Shown: piece after piece, positions 53,122-60,581 of the stretch
How positions within the stretch are numbered: the stretch's first letter is position 1
Layout of the letters: each line of letters opens with the position of its first letter
DNA from: a candidate division WOR-3 bacterium
GTDB taxonomy: Bacteria; Hydrothermota; Hydrothermia; WGAB01
NCBI GenBank assembly: GCA_015490555.1
Contig: WFXO01000029.1
Coordinates: 2,024-66,023 of the forward strand
Direction: 5' to 3'
DNA length: 64,000 nt
Notes under the pieces: generated by a model
Seen by the model: the letters and a program-made list of their open reading frames with translations, nothing else
What the model was told of the DNA's origin: nothing
The model's database searches: none
Translations under genes and position numbers: made by a program

Positions 53122-54294
53122 CTAAGGTTCTGTGCCGGTCTCCTCCAACTCGCGGAGTTGATCCTTCCGGGCCAGATCGTCAAAGTATTGCCAGGTATCC
53201 CCTTCGACCCCACCCGTAACACCTTGGACTTTGAGGCGAAGGATATCCGGCTGCGTGGAATAGGCGTACAGGGTCTCTTCGTCAATCAAACCGCGACGCC
53301 AAAGGTAATACAAACTTTGGTCAAAGGTCTGCATGCCATAGGGGACATAACTTTCTGCAATGACGGTTGTCAGTTCGCCAACGCGGCCCGGCTCCAGAAT
53401 AAGGTCACGGACCCGGGCATTGTTGACCATAATCTCTACAGCCGGGACCCGGCCCTGGCCATCTTTCCGTGGGACCAGTCGCTGGGAGATCGTGGCCTTG
53501 AGAACCATCGCCAACTGGACCCGAATCTGATGCTGCTGGCTGGCAGGAAAAACACTCACAATTCGGTTGATGGTCTCCTTTGCATCCATGGTATGGAGGG
53601 TCGAGATCACAAGGTGTCCGGTCTCCGCGGCAATTAAGGCCGTTTCGATGGTCTCACGGTCCCGCATCTCTCCGATCATAATGACATTGGGGTCCTGCCG
53701 TAGGGCCTCACGGAGGCCAGCATAAAAGGAGGTCGTATCAAAGCCGACTTCCCGTTGCGAGATCAAGGCCCGGTCCTCGGGGATCACATATTCAATGGGG
53801 TCCTCAATGGTGATGATATTCACAGCCTTCCGGTGATTAATGTGGTCGATCATGGCCGCCAAAGTCGTCGATTTCCCGGTCCCGGCAACTCCGGTCACTA
53901 AGATCAAGCCGTGATCTTCCATTGCAAGTTCTTCGACCTTTCTGGGGAGATTCAGTTCACGGATGGTCTTCACCGTGATCGGAATCACACGCACCGCCAT
54001 AGCTAAATGCCCCATCTGATAGTAGGCATTGATTCGGAAGCGGGCCAAGCCTTCTATGGAAACAGCAAAATCGTAAACACGATGTTGCTCTAAGGCATCC
54101 CTGGATCTCCCTTCCAGGAGAACTTGGAGCGCGCGATCCAGGTCATCGTCTGTGAGGACCTCATACTCTGGAGCCGGCTGCAGTATCCCATCTATCCGCA
54201 AATAGGGGGGACGACCGGGTTTGAGATGGATATCAGAAGCTCGCTTGGAGACCGCCTCCCGAAAAAGTGTGAGGATCTCTAAAGGCTTTGCCAT
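53122..54294 (-). CDS. pilT: type IV pilus retraction ATPase PilT/PilU
   Basis: ASDIHL, RFRINAY, TGVAGTGKSTT, TIEDPIE, QREVG.DT, LRQDPNVIMIGEMRD, AETGHLV.STLHT, GMQTFDQ. Confidence 0.93.
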   Translation of the reverse strand: MAKPLEILTLFREAVSKRASDIHLKPGRPPYLRIDGILQPAPEYEVLTDDDLDRALQVLLEGRSRDALEQHRVYDFAVSIEGLARFRINAYYQMGHLAMAVRVIPITVKTIRELNLPRKVEELAMEDHGLILVTGVAGTGKSTTLAAMIDHINHRKAVNIITIEDPIEYVIPEDRALISQREVGFDTTSFYAGLREALRQDPNVIMIGEMRDRETIETALIAAETGHLVISTLHTMDAKETINRIVSVFPASQQHQIRVQLAMVLKATISQRLVPRKDGQGRVPAVEIMVNNARVRDLILEPGRVGELTTVIAESYVPYGMQTFDQSLYYLWRRGLIDEETLYAYSTQPDILRLKVQGVTGGVEGDTWQYFDDLARKDQLRELEETGTEP

Positions 54295-54301
54295 GTTCGT
54301 A

Positions 54302-55048
54302 TTATAAACCGGATGCCTTGTCTTCCGACGGATAAAAGACTTCCTCCAGGGTTAAGCCCTGAGGAGGGGCGATCACGAGCCGTCTCAGAGGTTCCCCTCG
54401 TAACGCACGTTTCAGTTCCTCCATGGGGACACGACCGGAAGCAACCGCCACCGCCATCCCCACCAGCGTGCGCACCATTTTGTAAAGAAACCGGTCGGCC
54501 TCGATGACAAAATGATACTCATCCTCGTGTTGTTCCCATCGCACTTCTTGAATCTCGACCTCTGGATTTTCCACGGGACCTACAGAAAGGTACCGAAAGT
54601 TTTTGGTGTGTTGATACCGTTTGGCGATCTCTTGTAACACCTGAAAATCGAGTTCAAAGGGATACTCCCAGACAAAACGGCGTCGTAACGGGGAACGACC
54701 CTTGAGGACCCGATAACGATAACGCTTCCCAAGGGCATCGTATCGGGGATGAAAGGTATCCGGAACTTCCTGGACTTCGTGGACCACGACATCGGGCCCG
54801 GTTAAAGCATTGAGGGCATTCCGAATGACGTCCAAGGGACGGGTTTGGGATGTATAGATGGCCGCGACTTGGCCCATCGCATGGACGCCTCGGTCGGTCC
54901 GACTGGCACCGAATAGACGCAAATTGGGGTCCTGAAAAAGAGACCGTGCTGCCTGGAGGAGTTCCCCTTGCACGGTCCGTTGGTGGGGCTGGATTTGCCA
55001 GCCATAAAAGTCTGTACCGTCATACTCGATCAGAAGTTTGTACGCCAT
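54302..55048 (-). CDS. truA: tRNA pseudouridine(38-40) synthase
   Basis: YDGTDFYGWQ.Q, TVQG, SRTDRGVHA.GQ, FLYKMVR, APPQGL.L. Confidence 0.96.
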   Translation of the reverse strand: MAYKLLIEYDGTDFYGWQIQPHQRTVQGELLQAARSLFQDPNLRLFGASRTDRGVHAMGQVAAIYTSQTRPLDVIRNALNALTGPDVVVHEVQEVPDTFHPRYDALGKRYRYRVLKGRSPLRRRFVWEYPFELDFQVLQEIAKRYQHTKNFRYLSVGPVENPEVEIQEVRWEQHEDEYHFVIEADRFLYKMVRTLVGMAVAVASGRVPMEELKRALRGEPLRRLVIAPPQGLTLEEVFYPSEDKASGL

Positions 55049-55122
55049 ACCTTTGAAACATACAGCAAAACTGCTATCTCTGCATCTTCAAGGGATCGGA
55101 CCAAGTGTATAATAACCCTTCG

Positions 55123-56934
55123 ATGGTGTGGGTCTTACTCTTCGCAATCCTGATTGCATGGATTCTCTACCGCTGGAGACCCGTTGGGCTTTTCGTGCTT
55201 CGGGCGGGAACGGTTTTATGGTTGGGGCTCATGATCTTGAATCCTGCATTCCCGCGATGGACCCGTTCCCCTCAGCGCCCGGTCCTTGTGATCGATGCGT
55301 CCAGAAGCATGAAATGGAACGGAAAATGGGATCAAACCCAAAAGATTCTGAAAACCGCACGATCCCTTGGGCTCCCCATTCGTTTTCTTGTGGATTCCAG
55401 TTTGGCGCAAGACGTCGAAGGACCCATTGGCGCGTTTACAGATCTCACGATCCCTTTAAAGAAGATTTCCGGTCCTCTCGTGCTATGGAGCGACGGGCAT
55501 CACAACACGGGCTCGGATTTGATGCTCTGGGCGGACCAAAGAAAAAATCCCGTATTTGTCTTGATCCCCCCGGCCATGCAGCGCTCAGCCGGCACACAGA
55601 TCAAGGAGTGGACGTGGCCTTCGACGCTGGGGGCTTCGGAACAAGCGAAGGTCTTTGTCCGGTGGCAGGGGTCGGCTGCGAAGATCCGGCTGTACGTCGA
55701 CGGGGAACTTGTCCAGGAGGCCGGAGTGACGGGCCAAACACAATGGACAACAACTCTCCCACCCCTACGACCTGGAGGCCATGCCCTCTCCCCTCAACTC
55801 CTCGACGAAGAGGGCACCGTGGTCGATCAACGGAGCGGTGTTCTCCGGGTCCTGCCCCCTGAATTCCGAGTGTTGGTGATCAGTTCCCATCCGTCGCCCG
55901 TTGTGAGCATGCTGCGGCGTGTGTTTTCATCCACGGCAGAGGTCAAGGTGGCTGTGCAAATCCAAGACAACGTCTGGAGGACACTGCAGGAAGATACCGT
56001 CCGCACAGGCCTGCCTCCAATCCAAAGTGATCTTGTGATAGCCGTGGATCCCGATCCAAGGATCTTGAAGAAAATACCGTCGTTGCCGGCTATCTGGATT
56101 GTCGGACGTCAGAGCGCAGGGACCCAATTCCGTGGGGTCGTGGTCGGCAGAAGACCTTGGGGCAATCTGCGGCCCTACCCCCTCGGTGGGACAGAACTCC
56201 CCGCATTCCAAGAGGTCTGGCCCTTGACCTGGACAGATTCCATTCGACTTTATTGGCAGGCCCAGGGGGCCACCGGCCAGCCTCGAACCCCTGTCCCCCT
56301 GATGGTCTCGGTTCCAGAAAAAGCGTTGGTAGTGGTTTCGTCTTCAGAAATCTGGAAAGCCCGATTGGTCGTTCCAGAAGCCTTTGACTCTCTTTGGACC
56401 GAGGTTGTCGACGACCTCATGCAAAAACGGGCCATCTTCTCCGTTTTCGCACTCAAACCCCGGGTCCTGGAATCGGAGCCTCTTCAGATCCAGGCAGAAT
56501 ACCGGGATTACCGCGGCAGACGAATCCCTGGAGCCTGGGTCAACGTCCAGACGCCCCAACAAGTCTTGCCCTTGTTGGAAGTCGCAGAGGGGGAGTTCCT
56601 TTCCCCAGAATTTTATCTCCCCCAAGGGACCTACACCCTTAAAGTCACCTACGGAAAGGATCAACAAACCCTCGGGACCGACAGCGTTCAGGTTCAGGTC
56701 GCACGGGGAGATGTCGAACAATGGGGACGGGATGTTGACTCCCTCACCCTCAAGGAATTGGCACGCCGGACCGGTGGACAGGTCTTGAGGACCTTGAAAG
56801 ACATCCAAGGACTCCGAATCGCGCCTGTTGAAGGTCCCCCTGTCCGTCCATTCCGCCGCCCCTGGGCCCTCTTCCCATTGGTGGTATTGCTTTCTATTGA
56901 GTGGCTGTGGCGTCAACGAAGAGGTTGGCTATGA
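55123..56934 (+). CDS. membrane-anchored hypothetical protein with degenerate vWA domain
   Basis: Two N-terminal TMs, VIDASRSM (MIDAS-like), SDG..N.G, C-terminal L.ELARRTGG and a TM ending EWLWR.RRG. Confidence 0.75.
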   Translation: MVWVLLFAILIAWILYRWRPVGLFVLRAGTVLWLGLMILNPAFPRWTRSPQRPVLVIDASRSMKWNGKWDQTQKILKTARSLGLPIRFLVDSSLAQDVEGPIGAFTDLTIPLKKISGPLVLWSDGHHNTGSDLMLWADQRKNPVFVLIPPAMQRSAGTQIKEWTWPSTLGASEQAKVFVRWQGSAAKIRLYVDGELVQEAGVTGQTQWTTTLPPLRPGGHALSPQLLDEEGTVVDQRSGVLRVLPPEFRVLVISSHPSPVVSMLRRVFSSTAEVKVAVQIQDNVWRTLQEDTVRTGLPPIQSDLVIAVDPDPRILKKIPSLPAIWIVGRQSAGTQFRGVVVGRRPWGNLRPYPLGGTELPAFQEVWPLTWTDSIRLYWQAQGATGQPRTPVPLMVSVPEKALVVVSSSEIWKARLVVPEAFDSLWTEVVDDLMQKRAIFSVFALKPRVLESEPLQIQAEYRDYRGRRIPGAWVNVQTPQQVLPLLEVAEGEFLSPEFYLPQGTYTLKVTYGKDQQTLGTDSVQVQVARGDVEQWGRDVDSLTLKELARRTGGQVLRTLKDIQGLRIAPVEGPPVRPFRRPWALFPLVVLLSIEWLWRQRRGWL

Positions 56935-57704
56935 AACAAGAGGGTTCTCGGCTGATCTTGCTGATTGGATACATCGGTGCGGGGAAGTCGACCTATTCTC
57001 AAAAACTCTGGAAAGAGGCACCGGAGACGACTCTTCGAGTCTGTATGGATGAAATCATCCAAATGGCAAGTTTTTACGACTTTCAACCCGCTTTACGGAG
57101 CCTGTACCGGGGGGAAGAAGCCCATATGATTCTTCGAGGGCTGGCGCTTGGGCTGGACGTCATCGTGGACCGCACGAATTTAGAGCGCCGGACCCGGGCG
57201 ACCTATCTCCAAATGGGTCGCAGGCTCCAGGAACTCGCCCGTCGACTTCTCGACACCTTAGACAGCCCAGATCTCTTCGGAAGTCCTCCTTCTCAAGTGG
57301 TACAGCAGCGGATTGTGGAATGGACGCAGGATTTAGAAGACGGCCTTCTGTACCAGCAAGCATTGTTGTATGCCTATCAACAGTACGAGTGGTCCTCCCC
57401 TCCCCTCTTTCCCTCTTCCATTCCACAGACATACCGAGATCTCCTCGTAAAAATTGCACATTTAAAAATTGTAGGCATTCATTTCGATGTTCCGCCAGAC
57501 CTCTGTCTCAAACGACGGTTGGAAGCCGAAGACCGACGTCTTCGCGAGCGGATGCGGCCCATCCATTGGGAAAAGGTATTGCAGGATATGATCCGACGTT
57601 TTGAACCCCCTACGCTGGAGGAAGGGTTTGATGAACTGTGGATTTTAGATGAAAACTTTGAGAAGAAGGCCATTTATACGTCCACATCTGCTTCTCACCG
57701 GTAG
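56931..57704 (+). CDS. P-loop kinase (AAA_33 / polynucleotide-kinase-like)
   Basis: LLIGYIGAGKST, VIVDRTNL...R, C..R, FEPPTLEEGFDE; ATG at 56931 overlaps the upstream stop. Confidence 0.8.
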   Translation: MKQEGSRLILLIGYIGAGKSTYSQKLWKEAPETTLRVCMDEIIQMASFYDFQPALRSLYRGEEAHMILRGLALGLDVIVDRTNLERRTRATYLQMGRRLQELARRLLDTLDSPDLFGSPPSQVVQQRIVEWTQDLEDGLLYQQALLYAYQQYEWSSPPLFPSSIPQTYRDLLVKIAHLKIVGIHFDVPPDLCLKRRLEAEDRRLRERMRPIHWEKVLQDMIRRFEPPTLEEGFDELWILDENFEKKAIYTSTSASHR

Positions 57705-58245
57705 GCCCGGGGTGGGGAAAACCACCCTGATCCACCGGGTTATCCAAGAACTCGGGGCCCAAGCATCTCTTTCTTCTCTCGGGCGTCCCTTAAATGTGGC
57801 CGGATTCTACACCCAAGAAATCCGATCTCATGGGCGCCGGGTTGGGTTTGAGGTGATATGTATCCCGGAGGGGAAACGAGGGATTCTGGCTCGTGTCGAC
57901 GTCCCCACACCCTTTCGAATTGGCAAATATTATGTGGATGTCCCAGGTTTTGAATCCTTGGTCATGCCCCTTTTCCGCCTCCAAAATCTGGATCTCCTGA
58001 TCATTGACGAGATCGGTCCAATGGAACTTCTTTCTTCCCGTTTTCAGCAAGCGGTCCAAGCTGCCCTCGGCCAAACCTCCCCGAAAATTTTGGGGACGAT
58101 CCAGCGAAAGCGGATTTCTCTGTTGACACAGTGGGGCGTCTCTGACCAAGCGACGGTCGTCGAATTGTCTTGGGGAGCCTGGGAGGAGACATTTGAGCAA
58201 GTGATGGCTTGGCTTCAAAGCGGGTTTACAGAATCGGACCAGTGA
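57649..58245 (+). CDS. nucleoside-triphosphatase (NTPase_1/THEP1 family)
   Basis: LTGRPGVGKTT, GFYTQEIR..GRRVGF, GKY.V, IIDEIGPMEL.S..F. Confidence 0.92.
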   Translation: MKTLRRRPFIRPHLLLTGRPGVGKTTLIHRVIQELGAQASLSSLGRPLNVAGFYTQEIRSHGRRVGFEVICIPEGKRGILARVDVPTPFRIGKYYVDVPGFESLVMPLFRLQNLDLLIIDEIGPMELLSSRFQQAVQAALGQTSPKILGTIQRKRISLLTQWGVSDQATVVELSWGAWEETFEQVMAWLQSGFTESDQ

Positions 58246-58256
58246 AGGTAGGGGCA

Positions 58257-59549
58257 TCACCCTAAAAGATCATCGACAGAAAAGAGTTTTCCCGCGACCA
58301 TCGTCCATCGGACCCATCCCCTCAATTTTTCTCCCAGGAGGGGCGTGTTCTTGCTCTTCGAGAGGATCCGACGTTCCTCCAAAACCCACTCGTGTTGGAG
58401 ATCTACGAGGGTCAAGTGGGCAGGATATCCCTCCTCAATTTGTCCCCATTGCGGCTCACCAAGGATTTTCGCGGGTTTCCAGGTCAGGGCATCCAGCAGG
58501 GTCCAAAGGTCTACCTCCCCGGTCAAGACCAGGAAGGTGTAGAGTTGAGCAAACGCCCATTGAATGCCGATCATGCCCGGAGGTGCTTGGAGGAAGTCGG
58601 CCTCTTTTTCAAAATCGGTGTGGGGGGCATGGTCTGTCGCGACCACATCGATGACCCCTTCTTTCAACGCCTCGATCAATGCTCGACGATCCTGTTCTTC
58701 TCGAAGGGGTGGGTTCACCTTATAGCATGTATCAAAGCTTCGAAGCCGTTCGTCAGTAAACGTGAGATGATGAGGAGTCACTTCAGCCGTGACGTGAACC
58801 CCACGTTGCTTTGCCTCTTGAATTAAGCGGGCTGCGGAGTAGGAGGACACATGGGCTACATGGAGATAGCCTCCTGTGAGTTCAGCAAGTGCCAGATCGC
58901 GGAACACCGCGACATCTTCAGAGATGCGGGGTCTCCCTTTCAGACCTAAGACATCCGAAACCTCGCCCTCATGCATCACGCCTCTTGCCAAGGTGGGATC
59001 TTCCGCATGACTCACGATCGGGGCGTGGAGCCACCGGGAGTATTCCAGGGCATGTCGCATCAGAGCCCCATCCGCTACCCAGGCCCCATCATCCGAGAAG
59101 GCCACAGCGCCAGCATCCCGCATTTCCAGGAGTTCGGCCAATTCTTTTCCCACCCGTTCTTTTGTGATCGTACCCACGGGTAGGATCTTGATGAGACGCA
59201 ACTCTTCCTCCCGACTTCGGATATACTCAATTCGGCTACGATCTGACAAGGGAGGACGGGTGTTGGGCATGACACAGACAGCAACGAATCCACCTGCCAA
59301 AGCCGATCGACTTCCCGACTCTAAGTCTTCCTTGTGTTCTTCGCCCGGCTCTCGGAAATGTGCGTGAAGATCGATAAATCCAGGAAAGATCGCCAATCCT
59401 TTTACATTGAGTACCGTTGGGGCTTCCGTGGATGGAATCTGATCCGAGATTTTGACGATTCGCCCTTTATCAATCAGGAGATCATAACGGCCTTCTGTTC
59501 GTTTTTTAGGATCGTAAAGTGTCCCTCCCCGAATCAAGATCCGGCTCAT
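58257..59549 (-). CDS. pyrC: dihydroorotase (type I)
   Basis: PGFIDLHAHFREPG, MPNT, FSDDG, HAED, HVAHVS, EVTPHHL, KVNPPLR, ATDHAPH, SKSKNTP. Confidence 0.96.
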   Translation of the reverse strand: MSRILIRGGTLYDPKKRTEGRYDLLIDKGRIVKISDQIPSTEAPTVLNVKGLAIFPGFIDLHAHFREPGEEHKEDLESGSRSALAGGFVAVCVMPNTRPPLSDRSRIEYIRSREEELRLIKILPVGTITKERVGKELAELLEMRDAGAVAFSDDGAWVADGALMRHALEYSRWLHAPIVSHAEDPTLARGVMHEGEVSDVLGLKGRPRISEDVAVFRDLALAELTGGYLHVAHVSSYSAARLIQEAKQRGVHVTAEVTPHHLTFTDERLRSFDTCYKVNPPLREEQDRRALIEALKEGVIDVVATDHAPHTDFEKEADFLQAPPGMIGIQWAFAQLYTFLVLTGEVDLWTLLDALTWKPAKILGEPQWGQIEEGYPAHLTLVDLQHEWVLEERRILSKSKNTPLLGEKLRGWVRWTMVAGKLFSVDDLLG

Positions 59550-60484
59550 GACGATGTCCCTCCTCTGGCCAATAACGCGTAGAGGATGGCCATTCGTATG
59601 GCGACTCCGTTTGTCACCTGTTCTAAGATCACAGTATCTAACAGATCCACCACCTCAGGGTCTAATTCCACGTGCCAATTTACAGGTCCGGGGTGCATCA
59701 AGACAAACTGGCGATTCACTTTTTGAACCCGTTCCTTGGTAATGCCGAAAAATCGACGATATTCCCGGTCAGAGCCAAAGAAGGATTCCCCCAGTCGTTC
59801 TTTTTGAATGCGGAGGGCCATCACGACATCGGCCCATTCCAATGCCTCATCCACAGAATGAGAAATCCGTGCCCCATAGCGTTCAAAACTCTTGGGAACC
59901 AAAGGAGGTGGCCCCACAAGCATCACCTCGGCTCCCATCTTGGTAAAGCCGAAAAGATTCGACCGAGCCACCCTGGAGTGAAGGATGTCTCCCACAATCG
60001 CCAACTTGATTCCCTCGAGAGTCCCGAGTTTTTCTCGGACGGTAAAGAGGTCCAAAAGGGCTTGTGTAGGGTGCTCATGGGGTCCATCCCCCGCATTGAT
60101 TACAGAAGCCTCGGTATGACGGGCCAAGAAATGTGCAGCCCCGGGGGATTCGTGGCGAAGAATGATGACGTCTACCTTCATGGCTTCCATGTTTTTCATC
60201 GTATCCAGGAGCGTTTCTCCTTTCTTCACCGAGGACGTGGCTTTGGCCACACTCACGGTATCTGCAGAAAGCCGTTTGGCGGCCAGTTCGAAGGACATCC
60301 GGGTGCGGGTCGACGGCTCAAAGAAAAGGCTCAGAACGGTTTTCCCTCGAAAAGTAGGAACTTTTCTCTGGGGACGTTCCAGAATCTCTTTGAAGGAGCG
60401 GGCGGTGTCTAAAAAAAATTGAATTTCGTTCGGAGTTAAATCCTCCAATCCCAAGAGATCTTTCCGGTGGTATCCCAGGTCCAT
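59546..60484 (-). CDS. pyrB: aspartate carbamoyltransferase catalytic subunit
   Basis: FFEPSTRT..SFE, KGETL.DT, INAGDG.HEHPTQALLD, GDI.HSRV, RIQKER, MHPGP. Confidence 0.98.
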   Translation of the reverse strand: MDLGYHRKDLLGLEDLTPNEIQFFLDTARSFKEILERPQRKVPTFRGKTVLSLFFEPSTRTRMSFELAAKRLSADTVSVAKATSSVKKGETLLDTMKNMEAMKVDVIILRHESPGAAHFLARHTEASVINAGDGPHEHPTQALLDLFTVREKLGTLEGIKLAIVGDILHSRVARSNLFGFTKMGAEVMLVGPPPLVPKSFERYGARISHSVDEALEWADVVMALRIQKERLGESFFGSDREYRRFFGITKERVQKVNRQFVLMHPGPVNWHVELDPEVVDLLDTVILEQVTNGVAIRMAILYALLARGGTSS

Positions 60485-60581
60485 TCTGGGATGGAATTAT
60501 ACGGCGGATTTTCTCTCAACAAAACATCCCCACCCCCTCCTGTAAGCCTGGGTAGCGATGAAGACAGGGTTGGACTGGAGG

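Noticed and set aside
60485..60581. PyrR attenuator upstream of pyrB
   Set aside because: TATAAT lies 11 nt from the ATG, and no PyrR-binding loop or terminator is seen.
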